A DNA stretch of 57,551 nt, counting the filler, from Jimgerdemannia flammicorona (Eukaryota): NCBI GenBank assembly GCA_003990765.1. It is 3 parts of 3 records of this genome, joined end to end, with 100 filler letters (N's around TTAATTAATTAA, not from the genome) between each part and the next. Parts side by side here need not be neighbours in the genome. Positions count along the whole stretch, not along the records: positions 1 to 19,122 come from RBNJ01002023.1; positions 19,223 to 38,339 come from RBNJ01002024.1; 1 more part is not named here. The stretch is one strand, 5' to 3'. The notes under the pieces are model-generated. The model saw only the letters and a list, made by a program, of their open reading frames with translations, was not told where the DNA came from and made no database searches. Shown one piece after another: positions 12,985 to 26,253 of this stretch. Position 1 is the first letter of the stretch. Each line of letters starts with the position of its first letter. Both the position numbers and the translations under genes were made by a program.

Positions 12985-15708
12985 ATGACCCTCCCCGAGC
13001 GAATCACAATCCCAAGCGTCCGCCACCACAATGACTCAGACACCCTCGAGGACACGAGTTCGCAACGCTCCGTCACCGAACTGCTAGGATCTTTCGTCGG
13101 CTCATACTCACGCACCTCAATGAACTTCGTGGTGGATAATATATCCCTGCCTAGCTCCGCCTGCAACGAGAGATCGGACCTTCCCGAAACACATGGATCG
13201 TTATACGGAGCTGTGAATGACGATTTGGAGTCAGAAAAGAAATCTACGTATTCGAGCTTTTCGGGAGGCCATGTAGCGTCTAGTAGGTATGCATTGGTGT
13301 AATTGATAATTGTCTGATCACCTTTTGTTGCAGAAGAGGAAGGGAAGGAAGAAGAGGCGGGGAATGGCGTAATATGAGAATACATCAATTGGGTTTGCAC
13401 CATTTCTGAACGTATTACGATCATGGAATTAAGTCCATTCCGTCCTAGATGAGAAAAAAGCATGCGCCCTTCACCAATCTCACGTGTCAAATCCCCCCCA
13501 GTACTGCCAAATATGACGACGACGACGACGACGACGACCTCGGTTCCCCAACCTTCCCGCGCTCTCCCCTCCTCAAACCGCTAGTCCCAGCACTAAGCAT
13601 CGCGGAGGCGGCCGAGGACGACAAAAATGACCGGCACTCTATCAAGTCCTCTCACGTCAAGTCCACCTTCATGCAATCCATCTTTAACTCTGTCAACATT
13701 CTCATCGGTATCGGCATCGTCGCGCTTCCATATGGGTTCCGATGCGCCGGTTGGGTTGTCGCTCTGTCGGTGTTTGTATTCTGCTGCGGGCTTACGAACT
13801 ATACCGCAAAGTTGCTTGCGAAATGTATGGATGCCGATCCCAGCGCGCAAACGTATGGAGATATCGGTGCGGCTGCGTTCGGAAATCAGGCGAGGGTTGC
13901 GGTGAGAATTTTGTTTTTAACGGACCTTTTGACAGCAAGGTGAGAAACCATTTCGAGGCTTGTTGTATGGTTTTGGGTGATGGTTTGTTTCGGTCTGTTT
14001 CAGGATGAGGTGTATTTTTGGGAAAAAAATTACCATTTCCAAGATGGTTAACTGTTTTTTTTTTTACCATCCCACATAGCGTGGCCTTAGTCATTCTCTT
14101 CAGCGACACGGTCAAATCTCTCTTCCCTGACCTCGACATGGTAACCATCCACTTGGGCGCCTTCCTCATCCTCACACCAATGGTCTTCCTCCCCATCCGA
14201 AACCTCAGTTACGCAAGCCTCATCAGCATTATCAGTGCGGCTAGCCTAGTTGTCGTTATAATATACGACGGACTATCCAAGAGTGAGAAGCCTGGAAGTC
14301 TCAGGGATCCTATGGTAGGTTTTCGTAATTGAGGATTGGGGATGTTAAGAAAGAATTCTTATTTCTCAGGAACGACTATGGTCAGCCTCCGAAATAGGTG
14401 GATCGCGAAAATCAATCGGGTTATCTTCGTCGCAGGGTTACGGAAATTCTATTCTCGTCACGTAACTACCAGCGTGTATATTCATACCCCTGTATGTTTG
14501 TGTAGGAAACCGATATTTTTCCATCCGACTGGAAAACCGTCCCGTTAAGCTTTGGGTTGATAATGTCCAGTTTCGCAGGTATGGTGCGGCAAAAAATAAT
14601 GTCTTCCTACGTTTTTGGACACGCTCGGTTTGCGTCGTGTCATCGTTGATCTCCTTTCTTTTTTTTTTTTAATCATGATTCTTATTCTTATCGTATCATG
14701 TGGATGAAATTTTCTGGCTAATTCAAACCTTCCCTCCGGTTCAGGTCATGCTGTTTTCCCTACCGTCTACAAGGACATGGCGGATCCGAAGCAGTTCAAC
14801 AGTGTGGTCAACTACACCTACGCGATCACGTTCGTCGTGTACCTGCTAATGTCTGTATGTGACATTTCTTGTTTGATCGATTTTTTTTTTTTTTTTTTTT
14901 TTTTTTGGGTTCGTGGTCGAGACACTTGGTGGTGTTTTAATGTAAGTTATGGTAATAATGACAGGATAACGTTAATATTTATTGACTAATCTGTAATGCT
15001 TTCTACGATAGGCGTCCGGATACACCATGTTTGGTATTACCACTATGCAAGAGGTGTGTTTAGCATGCATCATTGAAAAAACAACATGCACCCAAATCGC
15101 AATCCTCACACCTTTTCCCATCGCACCATCGCACCTCCGCATCACCTCATCAGATCACACAAAACCTCGTCAACGTCCCCGGTTTCGACCCCTTCCTGAA
15201 CAAGCTCGCCGTCTGGCTCATCGCCGTCAACCCCATCGCCAAATATGCTCTCACCCTCAACCCGATCAACCTTACTTGGGAGATTGGCCTGCTCAGCTGG
15301 GACAGCCTCGAGGACTGGTGCAACTGTGGCCGCGGAAGGCGCACCGCGGTACGCGTCTTGGGCAGGTGCGCCATCAGCGCGTTTATCATCATCATCGCGA
15401 CTATATTCCCCGGCTTCGATAGGGTTATGGTGAGTTTGATCGCTGTTCAGGGTTGGGTTTGGTTGTGATAGGTCATTGTTGGTGAATTAAAACATGTCGT
15501 GTCATCGTTCCCATATACAACACAGTCCCTCCTCGGCGCATTCTACTCCTTCCTCATCTCGGCCATCTTCCCGCTCGCTTGCCACCTACGCCTATTCGGC
15601 CACTCTATTCCTGCCACTCAGCGACTCTTCGAATGGACTTTGATCATTGTCTCGTGCTTAACGGCGCTAGTTGGTACTGTGTGGAGTTTCCTCCCACTCG
15701 CATTGTGA
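12985..15708 (+). CDS. AVT1: Vacuolar amino acid transporter, AVT1-like (AAAP/Aa_trans family), copy 1, 8 exons
   Basis: Exons 12985-13286, 13502-13939, 14080-14314, 14506-14578, 14745-14854, 15012-15053, 15154-15429, 15526-15708, all with GT..AG and consistent phase. Motifs STFMQSIFNSVNILIGIGIVALPYGF, FAGHAVFP and NPIAKYAL, plus multiple TM segments. Confidence 0.88.
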
Positions 15709-17403
15709 CAAATTGAGCAATACTTGTGGTCCATTGAACCTTTTTATAGTGGGATGGGTCCTGGACGTTTGTGGATTGGTCCAGATCGTAGTGGAGTCGG
15801 AAGCGAAACGAAATTTCAATGTCTCATCGGCTGCTTTACAGCTGTTACAGTTGTAAGAGATAAAAGATTCAAAAATAAAACTAAATATAAATTAGAATTT
15901 ATACTAAAATAAGCATTATACAATTAAGCTTTAATAATTATTATAAATAATTTATGTTTTATCCAATTAAGTTTAAATATAAATATATAAATATATAATT
16001 TTAAATACAATTATAGAAGATATATTTTATTTTTATTGGAAATATATCTACAGATATAAATTTATAAAACTAAAATTATGTATTTATAAAGCTCTATCTG
16101 TTATAAGTACTAAAATCATTGATTTTACTTTTAAATATCTATATATTATAAAAAAATAAAAAATAAAAAAAAAATAAATATATTTAAGTATTATAAATAA
16201 AAATTTACATAACTGTCACCATTCAATATCTTACTAAATATAAATATAAATTCCCCTTGACTGTTTTAGACCTGTATATTTTACAACCACCTAATATTCA
16301 TATATCTACTACAGAAAATCTCGATCTATATCGGCTATCAAAGATATATATTTACTATTGTCAATGGATTACTGCTAAGGATTTACTTTCGGAATGTCAC
16401 ATGAGAGGGAGCCGAATCCCCAAACAAAAAAAAAAAAAAAAATGGAGACGGTGGTTGCGCAGTGTAACCTTAGGGACGGATTTGGGTGTCCGCATTTCGG
16501 AAGTTTGAATGGGCCGAAAGGCGCAGTATTCGCAGCTTTCATTCCCAAACTACCGCCCAACCTTTCCCCCCAAAAACAGCGTCTTATCAAGATCACTTGA
16601 CTGCCCGAATTTACGGAAATCTGTTTTTTTATTATCCTGACCAACATTCCCTATTTGTTTACTAATACGGTAAGCCCATCTAACGGCGCCCCGTAAACCT
16701 ATGGAAGGGCCACGAGGAAGATACAAATAGAACCGTAATATTTCGGGCGTTTTCTAAGGCCAAGTCGGAAATGGCGCCAATCTTTTAATTGCTTACACGT
16801 GCCGAATAGGGCACATTTCAATGGGCGCGATTGACGATAGTGCCATCCCAATAATGCGATATTGAATGTGGGGTTTGAGTGACAAACCTACCTATCAATA
16901 GACGCGAATATTGTCTTCGCAGCAGCCGTCCCACCAACGCAAGCGCGGAGATAACGTGACGAGGGTTCCAATATATACAAATTTTTGAAAGAATGAAACT
17001 TACGCGGAAAAAAAATACAATGCCGAAACAACGGTCTACTCCATAACCAATGTCCAGCCTCCAATCAAAACGTCAGATTCAATTGTAATCATGTCGTTCA
17101 TACATAATTATGGGGGGTATACTGTTCACCCATTTCCGTGTCAAGGTTTGATCATGTGATCATCGCGGGTTGCGGAGCGAACCCCGCAATACCTTAACTT
17201 GCGGATTTTGGAAATTTTCCGAATGTGGGAGTAAGGGTGGTGGCACATACCCCACCCCACCACCCCACCCTAAGAATCACCCTCCCGAGCAAATCATAAC
17301 CCCAATCGTCCGTCGCAGCGATGACTCAGTAGGGGACGCGAACTCGCACAGCTCCGTCACCGACCTACTTGAATCTTTCGTCGGCTCATACTCACGCACC
17401 TCA

Positions 17404-19092
17404 ATGAACTTCATGGCGGATAATATATCCCGGCCTAGCTCCTCCTACAGCGAGAGATCGGACCTTCCCGAAATACATGGGTCGTCTTACAGAACAGTGA
17501 ATGCCGATTTGGAGGCAGATAAAATATCTACGTATTCGAGCTTTTCGGAAGGTCATGTAGCGTCTGGTAAGTATGCATTGGTGTGATTGAGAGGTGTCTG
17601 ATGGCCTTTTTTTTTGTGGGAGAAAGGGAAGGAAGAAGAGGCGGAGAATGGCGTAATTTATAATACATCAATTCGTTTGCATTACATCATTTCTGAACGT
17701 AATACCATCATGGAATTAAGTCCATTTCGTCCTATGTGAGGACGAAGCATGCGCCCTTCACCACCAATCTCACGTGTCAAATCCCCCTAGCATTGCCAAA
17801 TACGACGACGGCGACGACGACCTCGGTTCCCCAACGTCCCCCTCCTCAAGCCGCCAGTCCCAGCACTATGCACGGGAATGCGGCCGAGGACGACAAAAAC
17901 GACCGACACTCTATCAAGTCCTCCCACGCCAAGTCCACCTTCATGCAGTCCATCTTTAACTCTGTCAACATCCTCATCGGCATCGGCATCCTCGCGCTTC
18001 CATATGGGCTCCGATGCGCCGGTTGGGTTGTCGCTCTGTCGGTGTTTGTATTCTGCTGCGGGCTTACGAATTATTCCGCAAAGTTGTTTGCGAAATGTAT
18101 GGATGCCGATCCCAGCGCGCAAACGTATGGCGATATCGGTGCGGCTGCGTTCGGAAATCAGGCAAAGGTTGTGGTGAAAATTTTGTTTTTAACGGACCTT
18201 TTGACAGCAAGGTGAGAAACCAATTTCGGGTTTGTTATTTGCTTTTGGGTGAGGTTGGTTTCAGCCTGTTTCAGGATGAGTTTTGTTATTGAAAAACAAA
18301 AAAAAATACCATTTCCAAGATGGTTAACTTTTTTTTTTGTTTTTTTTTTTTTTTTTCACCTGTCACATAGCGTGGCCTTAGTCATTCTCTTCAGCGACAC
18401 GGTCAAGTCTCTCTTCCCTGACCTCGACATGGTCATCATCCACTTCGGCGCCTTTCTCATTCTCACCCCAACTGTGTTCCTCCCCATCCGAAACCTCAGC
18501 TATGCAAGCCTCATCGGCATTATCAGCGCAGCTAGCCTAGTTATTGTCATCATGTATGACGGACTATCCAAGAATGAGAGGCCTGGAAGCCTCAGGGATC
18601 CTATGGTATGTTTTCGTGATTGAGGATGGGGATGTTGAGAAAGGATGGGGAACAACTATAGCCAGCCTCCGAAATACGGAAATTCTATTCTCGTCACGTG
18701 TATATTCATACCCCTTTCTGTTTGTGTAGGATACCGATATTTTTCCATCCGACTGGATGACCGTCCCGTTGAGCTTGGGGATGATAATGTCCAGTTTCGC
18801 AGGTATGTGGCGAAAAAAAAAAAAAAAAAATATATGTTTTCCTTTTTTATGACACGTTCAGTTTACGTAATGTCATCGTTGATCTCCTTCCTTTTTTAAT
18901 TATGATTCTTGTTCATATCTTGTCGTGTGGAAGAACCTTTCCGGCTAATTCTAATTACATTCATACTTTCTCTCCCGCATAGGTCATGCGGTTTTCCCTA
19001 CTGTCTACAAGGACATGGCGGATCCAAAGCAGTTCAACAGTGTGGTCAACTACACCTACGCGATCACGTCCGTTGTGTACCTTCTAATGTCT
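17404..19092 (+). CDS. AVT1: AVT1-like transporter, tandem copy 2 (3' part cut by contig gap; possibly functional or a young pseudogene)
   Basis: Exon-by-exon paralog of copy 1 through exon 5. The original ATG reads ATC (17276) and the next in-frame ATG is 17404. Net -11 nt in exon 2 is in frame only if the GTAAGT donor at 17567 is used. Upstream homology starts at ~16644 versus ~11672. Confidence 0.7.
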
Positions 19093-19122
19093 GTATGTGT
19101 CATTTCTTGTTCGGTTTTTTTT

Positions 19123-19222
19123 NNNNNNNNNNNNNNNNNNNNNNNNNNNNNNNNNNNNNNNNNNNNTTAATTAATTAANNNNNNNNNNNNNNNNNNNNNN
19201 NNNNNNNNNNNNNNNNNNNNNN
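19123..19222. other. Artificial contig spacer
   Basis: 44 N + TTAATTAATTAA (stops in all six frames) + 44 N = 100 nt. Confidence 0.95.
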
Positions 19223-19555
19223 CCCCCCCTACCCCTTCTCGACGAAAAACCACTTTATCAAATACCATCGCCACCCACCCACCACTCTGCTCACAGATCC
19301 CTTCCACCAGGTAGCGATATTGCCCACCTTGCAGTCCCCACCCAACCCACCACCCTGTCAACAAATCTGCCACTAACTCCTCCCATCTCAATAACTTCGC
19401 CCATATCCCTATCTGTTGCCCCTCCTCAAAAACAAAGAGCCAATGTCCAGCCAACCCCACCCACACTGCCACAATCCATCCTACAGTAAGCCACCTATTA
19501 CCGACACCTCCCACAAGTCTAGATTCCAGATCTTCCCAGCGACCTCTCTCCCCTA
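19223..19555 (-). mobile_element. 5'-truncated LINE ORF2 C-terminal fragment related to family A
   Basis: RLVGGVGNRWLTVGWIVAVWVGLAGHWLFVFEEG aligns with CLVGGVGDEWLTLGWALAMWVGLAGHWVYVFEDG of ORF 54239-54844. Confidence 0.85.
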
Positions 19556-19602
19556 AATCTCAAATTAAATTAAATTGAACCTTTGATTCATTAAGAGTAC
19601 TA
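19556..19602 (-). mobile_element. Terminus (TIR plus subterminal repeats) of a hAT-family element
   Basis: Reverse complement of 19585-19602 is tagtactcttaatgaatc, versus tagtactccgaatgagtc at 33577. Preceded by aaattaaattaaattgaa repeats. Confidence 0.6.
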
Positions 19603-21698
19603 GCCCCAGCTATATGAGTATTCTTTACCTGGGTTTTTAGTATTACCTCATCAGTATCTCTAAATCTACTCTATCTCACCTCCTCTTTATTAGTCTATTT
19701 CCTCTTAACTAGTATATATAGCAAGTTTTAAGACACCTCTCTCTAGAGACCTTTTTTGCTCAAACCAAATAGATTAAGCTAAGCCACACTAGCATCCTTA
19801 TATAAAAAGTAATATATTTTCAAGTTTTACACTATATACTCTAGTATATATAGTATGGTAGAGATCAAGCTTCAAGATATAGTAAGTTTTACTGAATTCT
19901 GATCATTTTTGGATAAATGGTAAGTCAAAGTTCATCTGACTCCAAGTATCTAGAGAGGAGGAGGCTTGGCCTGAGCCTCCCCAAGAGTTATATGACAGTA
20001 ACTGAAGCTGGTAGTACAGAGAGAGAAATTGGAGATCAGGGGAGACCTGCTGATACTGAAGGTTGGTGAACTGTGATAGTAAGAGGGCAGTGGCTAGACC
20101 TCTGGTAGTAGGACAGAGAAGGTATAGTATTGATAAGGGGGGGAGTCAGGTGGGTCAGGTGATGGGTCAGGTGACCAATAGGGGACAGAGGTCTGATGGT
20201 ATGATAGTAGAGACTAGTATTTCTGGGACTGGGCCAGTAGCTAGTAGAGAGATTGCTGGTGGGCTTGCTGAGGCTGAAAGAGTGACTGCTGGAGTCTCTG
20301 AGAGTAAGAAGAAGGTACTAATGGTAGCTAGCTCAGATGAACTGGTAGTGTGCCTATTCTTCCACAAATTAGTATCAATGTAGGTAATTTCAGCAAACTT
20401 CTTGGGGCTGAATATGTCTGCCAGAGAGGTTCTGTAGCTTATAGGTGAGAAGGTTGCTAGTACAGAGTTGCTGAAGTTTATTCCATTAGTAAAGACAGTA
20501 GAGATTGGCTTTATGGAGGAGGAGGAGATGATGAAGGCCCTGGAGAAAGAGTTGGTAGTTAAGAACATCAAGGTTGAGATAGTGTAGTGCTTGAGATGGG
20601 ATCCACATGCAGTATATCTGATGATGGAGGGGTTGTCAACTATGAGAAGACAGGAGACTAAGGAGATTATAGTGGAGATACTGTAGGACTTTGGTGAGAT
20701 AGTTGATTTTAGCTTTATGTTCTGAGAAGAGACCAAGCTGAGAAATGGTAACCATGAGGTAATAGTGAGGCTGGAAGGAAAGGAGACTATAGGGCTAGGA
20801 AGAAACTGACTGGAGGTAATTCATATTAGTGGTCAAGAGTACAAGGTGTGAAGGAGGAAGAGATCTGAGCAGGAAGATAAGAAATTGTTATTCACTCTAG
20901 AGGAGAGGGAGGCTATGAAGAAACTGTAGAAAAGAAGATAAGAGGAGTTTACTAAGAACTAGATCTGGATTCTGATAGATAGGAAGAGAAAGAGGTGGTG
21001 GAAAGAGAGCTAGAAATGTCTACAGGTAGTTACTCAAGATTCAAAAGAGTAAGAGTGGAGGTGGCCAAGAGCTAGATAGAAGGGGTGGAGATAGTGGAGG
21101 TATCTTTTTCATAGCTGGGTAATGTGGAGAGTTCAGTTCATATACCAGTGAGAGGAAAGTGGGCTGATAAGAAGAAGATAGGAGAAGGGGGTTTTGAGGG
21201 TATTACTAAAGTTATACTAGAGACTCAATTGGAGGATACTCATATGGTGAGAGCACCAAATATCCATTGAAAGTGTTCAGAGGCAGACAAGATAGTGAGG
21301 CTAGAGAAGGTCACTGAAAAGAATAAACTGGTAGACATGACCTCTGATGTCTTAGTAGATAGAGAGCTATTACAGAAGTTGAGTAGGACTTCTAGATCTG
21401 CCACTCCTGGGCCTTTGATGATAACAGCAGACAGCTGGTACCAGGTGGTGCTTGAGGAACTTACAGAGGAACTTACAGAGGAGAATATCAAGGAAGTAGA
21501 TATATTTCATGGATCTCAAGAGGCTTGAGATAGATTTCTCAATATTACTATACAGAGACTGAAGTTGGTAATAGTAATGGTAGCAGTACTTTTAGATGAT
21601 GAGGGGTATGATGTTGATGAGGACAGGATGGCTGATATAAGGAAAGTTGCATCTGAGTGGGTAGATATATTCTGTAGTAGTATGAATGAGACTTATAT

Positions 21699-22874
21699 GT
21701 ATCTAGACAGCTCCTTTCTCCACTACCTTACTGGTCACAAGGTTTGGTAGACAACCTTCTAAGTTCCCTTTCCCCTATTATTACTCCCTCTACCTCGGGT
21801 TAGTTTGCTGTGCCTGTAGGAGCATGGTGGGAGGAGGGCAATGGTGATGAGTTGCCTCTTTATCGGTGTCAGATCGGTGCTTCCTCCACTTTTTCATAGA
21901 TTCTGGTGCCTTCGGCTACATCTGGGGTGTACCTGTTTTGGTGTGGCGCCTTCTTCCTTTTGCCGTCACCAACAAGGAGTTGTCTTGGTGTGTCTCGGGC
22001 TATGTAGGGAGTTGGCCGACCTTGGGTGTCAAGTGTTCAGTATAGGTTATCTGCAGGTCCTCGGTACCTGTAGTGGGGCCCTCTGGCTTTGGCAAGCTTC
22101 CTGGTGAGTGCGGTTCTGGCATAGGTGACTGTTTTTCAGGTGTTGTCAGGATGGGAGGGGAGATGGCCGTCACAGATAGGAGGAAGGGTGATAATGGTGA
22201 ACCAGTGGGGTGCCAGGCTGGGAGTGTTCATTGGGGCTGGGGCAGGTACTGCTTCAGTGGAGCTTTTTGATTGATACGGCATGGTTAGGTGGTAGGTGTC
22301 ACTATCGGCTTCTTTTGGCGGTCAGCGGGGTTGGGCCCCAGTCATCAAGGGGGGTCAGGAGGCCCGAGGCTACCCATTTCAGGTATCTTGGCTGCACTCA
22401 ACTAGAACTGGGAGCTGATATGGCAACATGATCGAGGCCTGCAGGCTTGAGTAGTGGGGTATTGGGGGCTTCCTCCTGCCTCACATATAAGTCCTTTACT
22501 CACCTCAACTGGGAGAACCAGGCCCTACCCACTATGTTGTACTTTGATGAGAGTTTTTTCTTTGTCTGTCATCCTCTTTGGGGTGATAGGGGCTATTCTA
22601 TTCAGCTCGGGCATGGCCTTGTACATATGTTGGGTTCTCAGGCATGTGCTTTCGGTCATTGGCATATAGTTGGGTTTCCCCTAGTGGTAGGGAGAGCATG
22701 GTGTACAGAATGAGATACAGGCCTATATTGGCCCTACTGTACCTGGTATGGTCGAGCTGCTGAACAATAGCTAGCCTAGGTTAATGGGGGAGCAGTGCTT
22801 GGTAGGTGGTGGGGGAGGGTTTTGGCCTATATAGTCTAGGTTCCCTTCCAATAAAAATCTGCAGGACATGAGTC

Positions 22875-22956
<82 letters not shown>
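21699..22956 (+). mobile_element. Poly(A)-tailed retroposed insertion, probably a 5'-truncated LINE of another family
   Basis: TSD gagacttatat at 21688-21698 and 22957-22967. AATAAA at ~22850 and ~78-nt poly(A). Retains CpGs unlike its host. Confidence 0.75.
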
Positions 22957-22959
<3 letters not shown>

Positions 22960-25900
22960 ACTTATATCTAGAGAGCTATCTGTAAGAAATAAAAGGAAAT
23001 AATCTGTAGTAGGGCTGAGAAGGTAGTGATAATTTTTGCAAAGCTTTAAATAATTTTATTGATGGTGATGAATAGTCTATGTATATTATCATTAAATATC
23101 AATGATCTGTATAATAGAGTCAAGTGGTGGCATCTGTTTTGTTGACTGAAAGTCAGAAGGTATGATGTGGTTTTTCTTTAGGATATTTCAGCCTATAGTG
23201 GACAGAATTATAATGAGTAGAGCAAGGAATGGTATGGTGGTGCTGGCTGGAATGAGCAGGTGGGCATATTAGTTAGTATGGGAAGAGGTAAGCTGGTAGA
23301 GATAGAAGTTTATAGTGATCAATTGATATGGAGTAGATTGAAAGAAGTAGCTAAGAATGGGCTAGTTGTGGGCTCTGTTTACTTTCTGATAGTTGGCAAA
23401 GAACAAAAGCAATGGGTGGAGGGCTGACTGACTTAGGAAGGCTGAGAGGAGATTGGGTTGGACATTCTGAGGGGAAACTTTAATATAGTATATGACAGAA
23501 CATTAGACAGGTCTGATGGTGAGATTGGTATAGCTGTCTTAGCTAGACTTTTACAATGGCTTCAGATTGAGAGAGATATAGAGTTGGTTGATAGTATCTG
23601 ATAGCATCAGGGGGAAAAGCCAGGGCCCTTTACTCAGTAACATCCTATTGGCAAAGGTCTGGTGGAGACAAGAATTGACTGGGTTCTGGTGGCTGAATAT
23701 TGGGGCAATATGCTGGACTTTGCTGAGACATAGTAGTACTCTTAGTCAGATTACTGGAGAGTGGAGGTGTGTGATAGATTTCAGGTAGTCAGTGATAGTA
23801 GGAATCACTGACAACTTAATATGGCTCTCCTAAGAAGACAGGCTGAGCAAGATCAATTTGTGGCAATTGTAAGGCAGAAAGTGATGTGATGAAAGGATGA
23901 GGAGTAGCTGATAGAGCAGTGGTGGGGTAAATTTAAACATTTGACAGATATCTATTAGTATGATATTAGAGAGGTAGTAGGCAAAGAGCAGAAAGATAAA
24001 GAGAGGAAAGTTGAGCAAGGATTGCAATAGCAGTTGAGATTAATGAAAGGGGGAAATCTGTCAGAGAAGATATACTCCCAATTAACTATAGAAGTGGCTG
24101 AGCTGTAGCTAGATTTGAAGGTAGCTGAGGATAGGGTTGTAGATGGTCTGCTGGTATGGCTGCAGGCCAGATAGCTGGAAGAAGAAAAGCAGTCTACTAA
24201 GTATTTATCAGATATTTTGAAGGCCAGAAGGATATGATACAGCTGAGCCTTAGTGTCATAAGAGGATGATATTGAGGTCACTGAAATTGCTGAAATTCTG
24301 AGAGAGATCTCAGAGCAATAGCAGGTTCTTTGGTAGAATGAAGGAGGGCTTATAGAGGGTGAGGTATTATAGGAGGTTAATGACAATTTGGTGGACAGTT
24401 GACTGATACTAAGATGGGTGAGACAGTGATGAGCATGGTGTCTCTTGAAGAGATATTGGGGGTGCTAAGAAAAGTGCAGACAGGTTCATCACTAGGGGAG
24501 AATAAGCTACCTTAAGAATTCTGGAAGGAATTCCAGATTGAGTTCAGTGGCTAGTTGGTAGAAATAGTGAACTTTATATTAAAGAAAGGCAGCTGAATTA
24601 GCAATAGTTCCTTGAGATTAGTCACTCTACAGTATAAGGAGAAGGAGGATTGATATATATAGTGGAATTGGTGATCTATCATATTACTGAATGTGGATAG
24701 GAAGTTAGTTTCTAAGATTCTGGTAGAGAAGATGCAGTAGTAGATTGGCAGACTAGTGGGTGAGAACCAGTGAGGCTTTGTTAAGAGGAGACAGATTAGA
24801 GACAATACTGCCTGAGTATAGAATGTCTTAGAGGACTGTAGGAGCTGGTAAGTAGATGAGTAGATAGTCTTCTTAGATCAAGAAAAGGTGTATAATAGGG
24901 TACAGTAGAATTATTTGGAGGCAGTACTGCAGAAGGCAGAGTTCAGTATGATAGATACAAGAAGACTGATGGGTCTGGTGCAAGGCTGCTGAGCAATAGT
25001 ACTAATAAATAGGTAGAGTGGCCTGGAGTTTACCTTGGAAAGAGGTGTGCTACAGAGTAATCCTCTTTCTCTCCTACTTTATATTCTCTCTTTAGAGCCT
25101 TTGTTGGCTTGGCTAAAGGAGCAGCTAACTGAATTGCAGATGGAAGATATGGCTTGGAAGCTAGGAGTTTTTGCTGATGATATGGTGGTTGGATTAGGCT
25201 GTATAGAGGATGTGGAATACCTGCAGAAAGGTATTGGGCAGTATGAGAGACTGGTGGGAGTAAAATTAAATTAGGACAAGTATGAGATAATAGAGCTTAG
25301 TATTGGTTTGAGAGAGAATAGGCAATTTAGACAAATAGTGGTCATGGGGAAAGCTATCAGATATTTGGACATCTGGTTTTTGATATATAGAACAATGCTA
25401 TCAAAAGAGTAGTAGTATAATATAATATAGAAGTAGGAGGAAACTTTGACAGATTGGTCAGGGAAGAGCTTCTCTTTAGTAGATTGAGTGGTGGTTTTGA
25501 ATATATATTAGTTGCCTAAGTTGTAGTATTTGGGATACCACCTAGATTTTTCTAGATGGGTGATACAGAGACTGAAGAAGAATGGTTGTAGCAAGAGAGG
25601 CAGCTGTAGATTGATTAGGAGACTATGGTGATACAGATGGCAGATGAGAACCTGGAGTTAGTGAACTTCCAGAGATAGTTAAAGGTACTCTAGAGTTGGT
25701 GGGGGTGTTAATTGGTAGAGTTGGGGGAGAATAGTAGGGGCAGACTAGCTATGGACAATTGGAAGGTCAGGTTCTACCTCTATAGTAAGGTCTGAAAGAA
25801 TATACAAGGTTTGCTTTAGGTGGGAAGTATCAGTAAATTGAGTATAAGGGGTTCTGGTTGAGTATGGTAGAGGTCTGGTTGGCCATGAGATTAGCAAGAC

Positions 25901-26253
25901 TGGGGATAGGTAAGAGAGAGGATCCAGAATAGAGATAGTAGTGATTGGAGGACCTTCATATTGGTGGCCACTGGTTGGCAGAGTACTCTCTATCTGAGGC
26001 AATAGAATAGATCAGATCTGGCCCTCTTAAGAGGTGGCCAGTAGGTTGGCAGAAGGCTGAATTCAGTGAAGGCTGGGAATGGAGATAGATCTGAAGCTGG
26101 GGGGCTTCCTTGCTTAAGGTTATACTGTTTAAGTATTGAGTAATATAGTGGTAATTCTTGAAGAAAAATATGATACTGGGCTACTGGACAGGATGGATGG
26201 TAGTGAAAGGTGGTTGGGAATGTAAATAGTATAGTGAGGTGGATGAGAGAGCA

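Noticed and set aside
19167..19178. TTAATTAATTAA between N runs (also 38384-38395) as a biological motif
   Set aside because: Identical 100-nt cassette with stops in all six frames; a contig-joining linker. Cross-gap neighbourhoods were not used as evidence.
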